A stretch of 64,000 nucleotides of DNA from an uncultured delta proteobacterium (GCA_963713045.1 CAVQKE010000006.1:224001-288000); one strand, 5' to 3'. Positions 18,406 to 28,461 are shown, counted from the stretch's first letter. The notes: generated by a model not told the origin, from the letters alone. Program-made: numbers and translations.

Positions 18406-20172
18406 TCAGGAGGTTTGAGCTTTCACCCAGGACTTGATGCGCTGCTCCAACACGTCCAAGGGCAAGGCTCCGGCGCCGAGAACCTCGTCGTTGAAGCTTC
18501 GGATGTCGAACTTCTTTCCAAGCGCCTGCTTGGCGTACTCCCGCAACTCGAGAATCTTTAGCTCGCCAACCTTGTAGCCAAGTGCCTGGCCGGGCCAAAC
18601 GATGTAGCGGTCGGTCTCGCTCTGCACCTCGCGGTCGATAAAGCCGGAGTGGGCGTGGAAGTAGTCCACCACCTGCTGCCGGGTCCAGCGCTTCGCGTGC
18701 AAACCGGTGTCCACCACCAGCCGAATGGCGCGCAACATCTCGTCCTGAAGGTGCCCGTAGTAGCTGTAGGGGTCGGTGTAGAAGCCAACTTCCCGCCCCA
18801 GCTGCTCGGCGTAGAGGGCCCAACCTTCAACGTACGCCGTGTAATTGGCCTGCTGTCGAAAGGGGGGAAGGTCCGGGAGCTCCTGGGCGATGGAAATCTG
18901 CAAGTGATGCCCGGGAACGCCCTCGTGGTAGGCCGTGGTCTCCATGTCCAGTGTCGTTTGCTTGGCGAATTCACCGGTATTCACCATCACGTGTCCAGGG
19001 CGTGACCCATCCGGCGTGCCCTGGTCATAGGCAGTCGAGGCTTCTTTTTCCCGGTACGTTTCGATGGGAAGGACCTTGAGCTTCGCCTTGGGAAGTCGGC
19101 CGAAGAGGTCGGGCAGCTTGGCCTCCATTTGGTCGAGGTAGGTGGTGTAGCGGTCGAGAATGTCCTGACGGGACTTGGGGTGCAGAGCGGGGTTGCCGTC
19201 GATGGAGGCGTTGAAGCTTTTCAGGTCTTGAAAGCCGAGTTTTCGAGCGACTTGGAGCATCTCGGCTTCGATGCGCTTCACTTCACTCAACCCAATTTGA
19301 TGGATTTGTTCTGGCGTCAGGTCGGTGGTGGTGGAGACCTTCACGTCATAGGCGTACCGGGCAGCGCCGTCGGGCAGTGACCAGACGCCCACCTGCTGCC
19401 GGCCCTTGGGGACGTATTCCTTCTGAACGAAGGTGGCGAACTTTCGGTATGTCGGATTCACGTCATCGCGGATGGCCGCGAGGATGGCTTTCCTCAGCCG
19501 GTCCTGGTCCTCCACGGAGAAGCTGGCGGGGAACTTGGACAAGGGCTGTGCAAAAGGGGAATCGGCTGGCTTGGCGTTGGCGATGGTCTCGCACTGCCGG
19601 ACGATTTTTGGCAGAAGGAATTGGGGGGGCATCAAGCCGTCCCGCATTCCATTTCGCATCTGGATGGTGACCTCGGCGAAAGCCCGCGGCACCTGCTTGA
19701 GCCGCGCGAGGTAGTCCTCGTAGTCCTTCACCGTCTCGAACGACAGCGAGCTGACCAGGTGTGGCAAGTCCACGTGAATGCCCGAATTTTGAAACACTGG
19801 CATTTCCCAATCCTTGAAGCGGGCACCCTCCAGCGCCAGGCGCAGCAGCTGCACCATCAGCTGCTTGTTCAGCTGCTCCTGCTGCGGAAAGCCGGTCGTG
19901 TCGACCGCTTCGAAGCGCTTGAGGAAGTCCGCGGTGGCTGCCAAGTCGCTGTCGATGAAGGCCTGCGAGTAGTCCTTCAGCCGGTCGTTGTAACGCTTGT
20001 CGCCGAGGATGGAGGCGAACTCGGGCTGCGACCGCAAGGTGTACTCCCACTGCTCTTGGAGGAGCGCTGCCAGCGCCTGACGGCGGCTTTCCAGGTCGGC
20101 CGCCGGCTGCGTGCCTGCGGACACCAGGGTCGGCCACACGCACAACGCGACGGCGAGCAGAATTGGTCTCAA
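18406..20172 (-). CDS. DUF885 family protein (metallopeptidase-like)
   Basis: HEGVPGHHLQ, EGWALYAE, RLVVDTGLH, PGQALGYK.G motifs. TTG start inferred from the signal peptide. Confidence 0.92.
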   Translation of the reverse strand: MRPILLAVALCVWPTLVSAGTQPAADLESRRQALAALLQEQWEYTLRSQPEFASILGDKRYNDRLKDYSQAFIDSDLAATADFLKRFEAVDTTGFPQQEQLNKQLMVQLLRLALEGARFKDWEMPVFQNSGIHVDLPHLVSSLSFETVKDYEDYLARLKQVPRAFAEVTIQMRNGMRDGLMPPQFLLPKIVRQCETIANAKPADSPFAQPLSKFPASFSVEDQDRLRKAILAAIRDDVNPTYRKFATFVQKEYVPKGRQQVGVWSLPDGAARYAYDVKVSTTTDLTPEQIHQIGLSEVKRIEAEMLQVARKLGFQDLKSFNASIDGNPALHPKSRQDILDRYTTYLDQMEAKLPDLFGRLPKAKLKVLPIETYREKEASTAYDQGTPDGSRPGHVMVNTGEFAKQTTLDMETTAYHEGVPGHHLQISIAQELPDLPPFRQQANYTAYVEGWALYAEQLGREVGFYTDPYSYYGHLQDEMLRAIRLVVDTGLHAKRWTRQQVVDYFHAHSGFIDREVQSETDRYIVWPGQALGYKVGELKILELREYAKQALGKKFDIRSFNDEVLGAGALPLDVLEQRIKSWVKAQTS

Positions 20173-20316
20173 GGGGCTCTTCCTTTGGCAAGTTTTGGGG
20201 CGCCCGCTCCGGCCGGGACGCCTCCCATGAATGGTGGCCCAAGGCAAGTCATCTGCAGCCGGCAACGCTGGGGGGGGGCACACCGACAAAAGGGGAAAAG
20301 GGAAAGGGCCGGCCCC

Positions 20317-21363
20317 TTAGGACTGAGAGGCGCCGGCGGACTGAGACTGTGACGCCAGCGGTGCCCCTTCGGGAGCCGAGGAGGCCTTCACCGAGTCCGC
20401 CTGGCGCACCTCTGGCCAGGCAAGCAGCTCGCGCCTGAGCTCCTCGCAGGCGGTGGTGGTCTCCTCGACAATGTGGGTGAGGAGCCGGTGCAACGTCTCT
20501 TCGCCCTCGCTCCAGCGGGGCTCCTCGCAGATAAAGATTTCCAGCCGGCGAAGGCGGCCCTGACTCTGCAGCTTCGGCAGCACCAACTCCTCTGGAGAGC
20601 GAATGCTGGCCAACCGCCTGGAGGCGTGGTGCACGCAGAAGCGGACGGAGCGGGGAAAGGCCGGCTCAAGCACCAAAAAGGCTGCCACCGCGCCCGGCGT
20701 CACCCGACCACCGCTCCGCTTCATGAAAGCCTCGAAGCCCGAGCAGGCCCGAAGCAGCGAGAGCCACAGCGTCTCCTCGACAATCACGCTTTGTGGGAGC
20801 TGAAGCAGCGCGTGGTGGTGGACGTCCAGAATGCGCGCCGTTTGCCCAACCCGTTCCAGCAGGACGCCCAGGCTGATGAAGTCATAGGCGTTGTCGTGCA
20901 GCATGCTGTTCTGAATGGCCCCCAGAACGAGCTGTGTCGATTCGCGAACCCGGCGGTAGAAGCTTTCGCGGCGCAGCGCGTACTCGTCGCGCCCACGCTT
21001 GTCGTTGAACCAAAGGTGAAATTCGTTGAGGGCCTCCCAGACCTCGAGCGAGACCACCTCCCGAATGCTGCGAGCGTTCTCCCGTGCCGCGGCGACTGAA
21101 CGCAGGATGCTTGCCGGGTTCTCGGCATTCCAGGTGAGGTACTGCTGTACCACTTCGCCGTTTCCACGAGCGGCTGCCTCAAAACGCGCCGCGAAGGCTT
21201 GGTCCTCGCCGCTGACCGTCAGCGCTGAGCCCCACACCTGGGCGGCGGGGAGAATCCCATCGAGGGCCAAGGCGGACGTCACCCGCAGGACCCGCGAGCT
21301 GCTCTCGGCCCGCTCCAGGTAGCGACCGAGCCAAAAACAGTGGTCGGCGACGCGGGAAATCAT
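20317..21363 (-). CDS. Alpha-E domain protein (DUF403)
   Basis: MISRVA...FWLGRYLERAE, ARENAR..RE, LER...TAR.LD and FPRS motifs. Confidence 0.93.
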   Translation of the reverse strand: MISRVADHCFWLGRYLERAESSSRVLRVTSALALDGILPAAQVWGSALTVSGEDQAFAARFEAAARGNGEVVQQYLTWNAENPASILRSVAAARENARSIREVVSLEVWEALNEFHLWFNDKRGRDEYALRRESFYRRVRESTQLVLGAIQNSMLHDNAYDFISLGVLLERVGQTARILDVHHHALLQLPQSVIVEETLWLSLLRACSGFEAFMKRSGGRVTPGAVAAFLVLEPAFPRSVRFCVHHASRRLASIRSPEELVLPKLQSQGRLRRLEIFICEEPRWSEGEETLHRLLTHIVEETTTACEELRRELLAWPEVRQADSVKASSAPEGAPLASQSQSAGASQS

Positions 21364-22838
21364 CCGCGCGCCCTTTGAACCCAGGTGTCCTTGCTGCCCC
21401 CGCCCTGGCTGCTGTTGACCACGTAGCTGCCCTCCCGCATCGCTACCCGGGTCAGCCCTCCGGCGAGCACCCACGGGCCGTCCTTCCGAGTCAGGATGTA
21501 GGGCCTCAAGTCGACCCGCCGGGGAACGATGCGCCGGAGCTCAGAATCCCAGGTCGGACAGGTGGAGAGCTCGACCAGGGGCTGTGCGATGTAGCGCCTC
21601 GGCTCGGCAAGAATGCGCCGTCGAAACTCCTCGCGCTGCGCCTTGCTGGAGGCCGGCCCCATCAACATCCCATAGCCTCCGGCTTCGTCGACGGCCTTCA
21701 CCACCAAGCGGTCCAGGTGTTCGAGCACGTAGCGCCGGTCTTCCTCCCGGACGCACTGGTAGGTGGGCACCTGCTCGAGGAGCGCCTCTTCCCCGAGGTA
21801 GAAGCGCACCATGTCTGGGACAAAGGGGTAGACGCCCTTGTCGTCGGCCACGCCATTGCCGGGCGCATTGGCCAGGGTGACGTGGCCCTTCGCCCAGGCA
21901 CGCATCAGCCCCCGAACACCGAGCACCGAATCCGGCCGAAACATCTCCGGGTCCAGAAAGGCGTCGTCCGTTCGCCGGTAAACGACATCCACTTGCCGAC
22001 GGCCCCTCGTGGTGTGGAGAAAAAGCCGGTCGTCTTCGACGAAGAGGTCGGCGCCTTGGACCAGCTCGACACCCATTTGGCGGGCAAGGAAGCTGTGCTC
22101 GAAGTAGGCCGAGTTGTAGGGCCCCGGAGTGAGCACGACGACGGTGCTCAAATCGGGGTCCACCGGCGAGACACTGCGCAGGGCCGCAGCAAGACGCGCC
22201 GGGTAATGGTTCACTTGTCGGACCCGAGCAGCCTCGAAGAGTTGGGGGATGAGTCGCTTGGAGAGGAGTCGGTTCTCGAGGACGTAGGAGACACCGGAGG
22301 GAGTGCGCAGGTTGTCCTCGAGGACCCGGAACACGCCGTTGCCGTCGCGGACCAAGTCAATCCCAGAGACATGGATGCGCACGCCCGCCGGCGGCCGAAT
22401 GCCCTTCAGCGCGGGTAGGTAGTGCTTGGCTCCCAGCACCACCTCAGCGGGAATGGTTCCAGTCTTGAGGATGCGCTGCTCGCCGTAGACGTCGTCGAGG
22501 AAGGCCGCCAGCGCCAACACCCGTTGAACGAGGCCCCGTTCGAGCCGGTCCCAATCGGCAGCGCAGATGATGCGGGGCACCAGACAGACCGGGAAGACTT
22601 TCTCCAGGCCCCGGTCGTCGGAGTACACGGAGAAGGTGACGCCCTGGTTGACCAGGGCGGCTTCGGCCATCTCCTGGGTGTGGGCGAACTCATCCGCGCT
22701 CATGTCGTCCAGCCCGAGCAAGGCGCGAAACTCGGAGCGCAGCGACCCTGTCGCTTCGAGCAACTCGTCATAGGCGCCGGCGAGGGCCGGGTACCCCTTG
22801 AGGAGCGACGGGTGAGGGGGGCTGCCAGTTGTTGACAC
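21360..22838 (-). CDS. Circularly permuted type 2 ATP-grasp protein (DUF404/DUF407)
   Basis: VLEDNLRTPSGVSY, TPG.YNSAYFEH.FLA, GGLTRVA and VVNSSQGGGSKDTWV motifs. Confidence 0.95.
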   Translation of the reverse strand: MSTTGSPPHPSLLKGYPALAGAYDELLEATGSLRSEFRALLGLDDMSADEFAHTQEMAEAALVNQGVTFSVYSDDRGLEKVFPVCLVPRIICAADWDRLERGLVQRVLALAAFLDDVYGEQRILKTGTIPAEVVLGAKHYLPALKGIRPPAGVRIHVSGIDLVRDGNGVFRVLEDNLRTPSGVSYVLENRLLSKRLIPQLFEAARVRQVNHYPARLAAALRSVSPVDPDLSTVVVLTPGPYNSAYFEHSFLARQMGVELVQGADLFVEDDRLFLHTTRGRRQVDVVYRRTDDAFLDPEMFRPDSVLGVRGLMRAWAKGHVTLANAPGNGVADDKGVYPFVPDMVRFYLGEEALLEQVPTYQCVREEDRRYVLEHLDRLVVKAVDEAGGYGMLMGPASSKAQREEFRRRILAEPRRYIAQPLVELSTCPTWDSELRRIVPRRVDLRPYILTRKDGPWVLAGGLTRVAMREGSYVVNSSQGGGSKDTWVQRARG

Positions 22839-22859
22839 CGCGCGTCTAAGCTAGCGCGC
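22839..22859. promoter_or_regulatory. Candidate bidirectional -10 element for two leaderless divergent transcripts
   Basis: TAAGCT (+, 22847-22852) lies 7 nt before GTG 22860; TAGCTT (-, 22853-22848) lies 9 nt before GTG 22838. No SD sequences. Confidence 0.5.
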
Positions 22860-25800
22860 GTGCGCCTCCTCATCCAGCACCGCAGCCGGTACCTCTATCC
22901 GCGCCCCGCCGGGTTGGGACCACACCTGGTGCGTCTTCGCCCGGCCAGCCACGCCCGGGCCCGCGTCGAGACCTACGGACTCACCGTCTCTCCGCCAGCC
23001 GACGTCCGCTGGCAGCAGGACCCCAATTCAAATCACGTTGCGCGGGTGGTGTTTCCGCCGGGCGCGCGCCTGGACAGCCTGGAGCTGTTGGTGGAGCTGG
23101 CCCTCGACCTCCAACCCATCAATCCCTTCGACTTCCTCCTCGAGGAAACGGCCGAGGCAGTCCCACTCAGCTACCCGCCCGCGCAGCTGGACGAGTTGGC
23201 ACCTTTTCTAGCGCGCCAGACGCCCGTGCTGCAGGAAGGGCCTCGCTTCCTTGCCTTGGACGCCGAACTTCCGCGGCAGGGTTCAACGCTGGAGCTGCTC
23301 ACCACCGTCAACCGGGCCGTCAACAGCCGTGTCCGGTACGTCGTGCGCGGTGAGGCCGGCGTCTGGACGCCCGAGCAGACGCTGCAGGAAGGCAGAGGCA
23401 GCTGCCGCGACTCGGCGATGCTGCTGGTGGCGCTGTTACGGGCGCGCGGGCTGGCGGCCCGCTTCGTCAGCGGCTACTTGGTCCAGCTGGCCGACGAGGG
23501 AATGCTCCCGGACCAGCCGAGGGGCGTCAGCCGGGACGTGGTTGACCTGCACGCCTGGGCGGAAGTCTTTCTGCCCGGGGCGGGCTGGATTGGCCTGGAC
23601 GCCACCAGCGGGCTGCTCTGTGGCGAGGGCCACATTCCGCTCGCCTGCGCCGCCAACCCAGCCATGGCGGCACCGGTGGACGGGACCTCCGACATCCGCG
23701 CCTCGGACGTCGTCTTCGAACTCACCGTCACCCGCCTTGGTCACGAGGTGCGGCCGAACTCGCCATTCCCCGAGCGCGTCTACCAGGCAGTCCTCGAAGG
23801 CGCGGACCAGGCGGATGCCCTTCTGGACGCCGCCGGCCTGGGCCTCACCAGCGGCGGCGAGCCGACCTTCAACTCGCGCGAGCATCGCGAGGCCGAGGAA
23901 TGGAATGGCGCTGCGTTGGGGCCAACCAAATGGTCCCAGGGACTGCGGCTGTGCGCGGAAATTCGTGACCGCCTGATGCCTGGAGCCGCCCTCGTCCTCG
24001 GCCAGGGGAAGCACTACCCGGGCGAAAGCCTTCCGCGCTGGTCGCTCCAGCTGGTCGGACTCAGCCAAGGAGGAGCGCTCTGGACCGGAGACCTTGGGCG
24101 GCCCAGTGTCGCGGCGAGCACCGCGGAGGCGAGGCGCTTCATCGAGGCCCTGGCGGGGCGCCTCGGCGTTGCCCGGGGCGTGTTGCCTGCCTTCGAGGAC
24201 CCATGGCACTTCCTGGAAGCCGAGGCCGCGCTGCCCGTGGACGTCGACCCGCTGCGGACGGACTTGAAGGACTCGGAGGCACGCCGGCGCCTGGCGCGGG
24301 TGCTCGACCGCGGCCTAGGGCGGGAAGCCGCATACGTCCTCCCGCTGGCCCACCTTTCTGGGAGTTGGGTGACCGACCGCTGGCGCTTTCGCCGCCAGCA
24401 CCTCTTCCTGTTGCCGGGCGATTCCGCGGCCGGCGTCCGGTTGCCCCTGGCCTCCTTGCCGCCGGGTTACGTCCCTGAGCCCGACGAGCAACCCGTGACG
24501 CCGCCGGACCCGCGCCGCACAAAGCCAAGCCCCGGGACGCCCCGGGCGCTGCGAACCGCGCTTTGCACGGAGGTGCGCGACGGGCAGTTGTACGTCTTCT
24601 TGCCGCCTCTGGCGTCGGCCGCCGACTTCATCGCGTTGGTGCGCGAGGTGGATGCGGTGCGGTCCGAGACTGGGCTGCAGGTCCAGCTGGAAGGGTACCT
24701 GCCGCCGCGTTCGCTCAGCTTGCGCCGCTTCGCTGTGACGCCCGACCCGGGGGTCCTGGAAGCCAACCTTCCGCCCTCGAATACCGGACGTGCACACGCG
24801 GCCTTGCTTGAGGCGACATTCGTGGCGGCTCTCCACGCCGGCCTCCACACCGAGCGTTACCTCCTCAACGGCCGCATCGCCGGGAGCGGCGGTGGCCACC
24901 ACCTCACCCTGGGCGGCCCGACAGCCATGCAGAGTCCATTGTTGGTGCGGCCGGACTTGCTGGCCAGCCTGATTACCTTCTGTCAGCACCATCCGTCGCT
25001 CAGCTACCTCTTCACCGGACTCTTCGTCGGACCGACGTCTCAGGCGCCCCGGGTGGATGAGGCCCGCCATGACTCTCTCTATGAATTGGAGATTGCCCTC
25101 GCGCATGCCTTCGAGCCGAGTGAAACGCCGCTTCCCCCGTGGCGGGTGGACGGGCTTTTCCGCCACCTTCTGGTCGACGTCAGCGGGAACACCCACCGCG
25201 CCGAGCTGTGCATCGACAAACTCTTCGATTGGCGGACGCCGCAGGGCCGGCAGGGGCTGGTTGAGCTCCGGGCCTTCGAGATGCCACCCCACCCGAAGCT
25301 GGCGGCGGCCCAGGCGGTGCTGGTGCGCTCGCTGCTGGCTGCGTTGGCCCGCTCTCCTTACCGGCGTCCACTCGTGCGGTGGGGCACCGGGCTGCACGAC
25401 CGCTTCCTCCTACCCTATTGGATGTGGCGGGACTTCGAGGAGGTGCTCCAGTTTCTTGAAGCTGCTGGCATTGCGCTCCCCGCCGAGGCCTACCGGCCCT
25501 TCCTCGAGCTTCGCTGCCCGCTGGCAGGGCGCCTGGACGTGGGTGGCGTGCTACTGGAGGTGCGCGATGCGCTCGAGCCATGGCCGGTGCTGGGGGAGGA
25601 GCCGAACACCACCGGCACCGCGCGCTACGTGGACTCCTCAGTGGAGCGAGTCGAAGTCCGCGTCGAGGGGCTGGTGCCGGAGCGCCACCAGGTGCTGGTC
25701 AACGGCATTGAGCTGCCGCTGCGCTCCACCGGCAAGGTCGGCGAGGGAGTGGCCGGCGTGCGTTTCCGCGCCTGGTCACCGTCGCACAGCTTGCATCCCC

Positions 25801-26168
25801 ACCTCGGCGTGCACCATCCGCTTCGCTTCGACCTCGTCGACCGGTGGGGGGAGCGGTCTCTTGGAGCGTGCGGCTACCACGTCTGGCATGCCGAAGGGCG
25901 TGCCTTTGATGCGCCGCCGCTGACGGCCTTCGAAGCCTCGGCCCGACGGGCCCAACGCTTCACCCGCGAGTCACCGCTGCCCTGGCCGGTGAGCGCTCGC
26001 CGAGTGCCGGAGAGTCCTGAGGCACCTTGGACACTCGACTTACGGCGTTTTTCGGGCGACCACCCGCTCCCCGAGGTCGCGCCCGAGACGGAGTTGGATG
26101 CGGCCGCGGCCGCGGCAGCGGCAGCTTCGACAGAGGACGACAAACCGTTGTCCCCTGTCGAAAGGTGA
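22860..26168 (+). CDS. Transglutaminase-like + DUF2126 putative amidoligase fusion
   Basis: GSCRDSA, DLHAW.EV.LPGAGW.GLD, GGEPTF, VTPDPGV.E.N, GGG.H.TLGG, GNTHRAE.CIDKL and ELRAFEMPPH motifs. Confidence 0.95.
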   Translation: MRLLIQHRSRYLYPRPAGLGPHLVRLRPASHARARVETYGLTVSPPADVRWQQDPNSNHVARVVFPPGARLDSLELLVELALDLQPINPFDFLLEETAEAVPLSYPPAQLDELAPFLARQTPVLQEGPRFLALDAELPRQGSTLELLTTVNRAVNSRVRYVVRGEAGVWTPEQTLQEGRGSCRDSAMLLVALLRARGLAARFVSGYLVQLADEGMLPDQPRGVSRDVVDLHAWAEVFLPGAGWIGLDATSGLLCGEGHIPLACAANPAMAAPVDGTSDIRASDVVFELTVTRLGHEVRPNSPFPERVYQAVLEGADQADALLDAAGLGLTSGGEPTFNSREHREAEEWNGAALGPTKWSQGLRLCAEIRDRLMPGAALVLGQGKHYPGESLPRWSLQLVGLSQGGALWTGDLGRPSVAASTAEARRFIEALAGRLGVARGVLPAFEDPWHFLEAEAALPVDVDPLRTDLKDSEARRRLARVLDRGLGREAAYVLPLAHLSGSWVTDRWRFRRQHLFLLPGDSAAGVRLPLASLPPGYVPEPDEQPVTPPDPRRTKPSPGTPRALRTALCTEVRDGQLYVFLPPLASAADFIALVREVDAVRSETGLQVQLEGYLPPRSLSLRRFAVTPDPGVLEANLPPSNTGRAHAALLEATFVAALHAGLHTERYLLNGRIAGSGGGHHLTLGGPTAMQSPLLVRPDLLASLITFCQHHPSLSYLFTGLFVGPTSQAPRVDEARHDSLYELEIALAHAFEPSETPLPPWRVDGLFRHLLVDVSGNTHRAELCIDKLFDWRTPQGRQGLVELRAFEMPPHPKLAAAQAVLVRSLLAALARSPYRRPLVRWGTGLHDRFLLPYWMWRDFEEVLQFLEAAGIALPAEAYRPFLELRCPLAGRLDVGGVLLEVRDALEPWPVLGEEPNTTGTARYVDSSVERVEVRVEGLVPERHQVLVNGIELPLRSTGKVGEGVAGVRFRAWSPSHSLHPHLGVHHPLRFDLVDRWGERSLGACGYHVWHAEGRAFDAPPLTAFEASARRAQRFTRESPLPWPVSARRVPESPEAPWTLDLRRFSGDHPLPEVAPETELDAAAAAAAAASTEDDKPLSPVER

Positions 26169-26239
26169 TGACCAGACGGCCCAGCTGTCCGGCGTCAGAC
26201 GCAAAGCCCGCGCATCCCGGTGGCATCCTCCAAAGCTGT

Positions 26240-26389
26240 TCAGCCCTGCCCCACGGTTGTCCGGGTCTGGGGACGCCGGAAGGGGCGGGGGAGGAGCATT
26301 CCCGCCTGCTCTCGGTAAGCCCGGTAACGCGCTCCGAATTGGGCAATCAGGTCCCGTTCCTCAAAAGCGATGCCGACCAGAATGTACGC
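26240..26389 (-). pseudogene. 3' remnant of an ICMT/MddA-type (methanethiol) methyltransferase
   Basis: Reads AYILVGIAFEERDLIAQFGARYRAYREQAGMLLP...*, matching the EE..L...FG..Y..Y....P C-terminal signature. No upstream body. Confidence 0.7.
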
Positions 26390-26580
26390 TCCCCCATCGA
26401 CCGTCCGCCGTGCGTACTTGTGCTTCGCTGTCTATGGCCGGGGAACCCGTCGAGCGGGGCGGGCGACGTGGCTGCTTGCGCCGGCAGAAACCGTAGGGGT
26501 CGGGTAGTGCCGCCGCCGAATCGCCACAGAAGCCGGTGGCGTCTCAGGCAGCCGACAGATTCGTGCACTAAACTTCGACT

Positions 26581-28317
26581 GTGCCGAATCTACTGGCCAT
26601 GTGTTTCGAGGGAGAACTTTCCCCGACCTTCGACCTCCGTTGCCTGCAGCCCGGGTCCACCCACCCGGATGGCTGGGGACTTGGCTATTACCCGCCTGGC
26701 GAACCGTCGGTCGCCCTTCTCAAGGAGCCGGCCCCGACGTATGCCAGCTCCCAGGCCGAGGTGTTGCACCGCGGGGAGCGTTTCGCCTCGTCCATCTTCC
26801 TTCTGCATCTGCGCACCGCCACCTGGGGTGCCCTCAGCGACGCCAACACCCAGCCGTTTGCGCGCGCGTGGGGCGGACGGGAGTGGATTTTCGGACACAG
26901 TGGAAGCCTTGACCGGCGCCCGGAGCTGGATGCGAATTCGCTGTTCGAGCCCATCGGCGCCACCGACAGCGAAGTCATTTTCTGTGACTTGCTCAACCGC
27001 TTCGCCCAACGCAGCTGGCGTTCGCTGGGTGAGGCCGACCCAGCCGTCCTGGTGGACTGGCTGGGGACCATCAACACGCTCGGGACACTCAACATCATCC
27101 TGTCCGACGGCAGGGACGTGGTGGCCTATGCGGACAAGCACCAGAGCGGACTCAGCACCTGGCAGCTGCTGCCGCCGTACCAACAGGTGGTGGTGGGCGA
27201 CCGGGACGTGAGCATCGACCTCACCCGTCACGGCGTCAAAAGCCGAAAGGGCATCTTCATCTCGAGTCGTCCACTCACTTCCGAGGCCGAGACGCTGCCG
27301 ACGACCTGGCAGCCGCTGCAAACGGGCTCGCTGTGGGTCATCCGGGAGGGAGCGCTGCGGGCGGAAGTCCAAGCCCCCGGACCGCCGGTCCAGCGCGAGA
27401 CGAACGGCCACAACCCAGTGCGCCTTCACCGCCCCACGCCAGCGGAGTCGAAACGCCTCCAAGTCCTGCACCGGACGGTCTACCGGTACCGGGAGCCGGT
27501 TCAACAGAGCAGCCACCTGTTGCGGCTCAGTCCGATGCACGACCGAATGCAAACCGTCCTTGAGCATTCGCTCAGAGTCTCAGTGGAGGGGCAGTCACGC
27601 GAATACGACGATGTGTTTGGAAATCGCGTCCGCCGGCTGCGGTTGGACACGCCCTTCACCGAGTTGGTGATTGAGGCGAAAAGCCGGGTTGAGCTTCTCG
27701 AGACAGACCCGTTTGCCTTCCGGCAGCTGCGAGACAAGTCTTCCTTCCCCCTGGTGTGGATGCCATGGCAGCGCAACCAGCTCGCGCCCTTCCTGCTCCC
27801 CCCAGAGCTCCCCGAAAGCGAGCTGAATGACCTGACCGATTACGCGATGACCTTCGTGCTCCGAAACGACTATGACCTCTTCGACACGTTGCTCGACGTC
27901 AACGCGACCATCTTCAAAGAATTTCAATACGTGCAGGGGAGCACCACGCTCGGGACGACTGCCTTTCAGGTGTATTCCTCCCGCAGCGGCGTGTGTCAGG
28001 ACTTCAGCAATCTCTTCATCTGCATGATGCGGCTGTTGGGTGTGCCGGCGCGCTACATGTGTGGCTACGTCTACACCGGCCCGAAGAATCTCCAGCACCC
28101 GCAGTCAGAAGCGAGCCATGCCTGGGTCCAGGTCTATCTTCCAGAGGTGGGCTGGAGGGGCTTTGACCCGACCAACGGCATCCTCACGCAAACCGACCAC
28201 GTGAGGGTCGCCTGCGGCCGGGCCTACGCCGATGCGACGCCGACCTCAGGCACCATCTTCCTTGGCGGCGGTACCGAGCATCTCGAGGCAACCGTCGCAG
28301 TCGACGTCTGCGACTAA
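26581..28317 (+). CDS. Class II glutamine amidotransferase (YafJ/EgtC-like) fused to transglutaminase N + core
   Basis: DGWG.GYY, HLR.AT.G, NTQPF, G.TDSE motifs; then GVCQDF, SHAW, W.GFDPTN. TAAACT lies 6 nt upstream of the GTG. Confidence 0.9.
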   Translation: MPNLLAMCFEGELSPTFDLRCLQPGSTHPDGWGLGYYPPGEPSVALLKEPAPTYASSQAEVLHRGERFASSIFLLHLRTATWGALSDANTQPFARAWGGREWIFGHSGSLDRRPELDANSLFEPIGATDSEVIFCDLLNRFAQRSWRSLGEADPAVLVDWLGTINTLGTLNIILSDGRDVVAYADKHQSGLSTWQLLPPYQQVVVGDRDVSIDLTRHGVKSRKGIFISSRPLTSEAETLPTTWQPLQTGSLWVIREGALRAEVQAPGPPVQRETNGHNPVRLHRPTPAESKRLQVLHRTVYRYREPVQQSSHLLRLSPMHDRMQTVLEHSLRVSVEGQSREYDDVFGNRVRRLRLDTPFTELVIEAKSRVELLETDPFAFRQLRDKSSFPLVWMPWQRNQLAPFLLPPELPESELNDLTDYAMTFVLRNDYDLFDTLLDVNATIFKEFQYVQGSTTLGTTAFQVYSSRSGVCQDFSNLFICMMRLLGVPARYMCGYVYTGPKNLQHPQSEASHAWVQVYLPEVGWRGFDPTNGILTQTDHVRVACGRAYADATPTSGTIFLGGGTEHLEATVAVDVCD

Positions 28318-28461
28318 GTGCCCGGCCCTCTTTGGCGAGCGTGCTGCCCCCAAGCCCCTTCAACAGACCGCTCGCCTCGATGAAGCGTTGATGCTCTGCT
28401 GGCGCCGGTAGAGCGGCCCCTGGCCGCCAGGTCTCGATGGGGTTTTTCAGCAGCCGTGCCG

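Noticed and set aside
22832..22837. TTGACA as the -35 for the + transcript
   Set aside because: Only 9 nt from the candidate -10.
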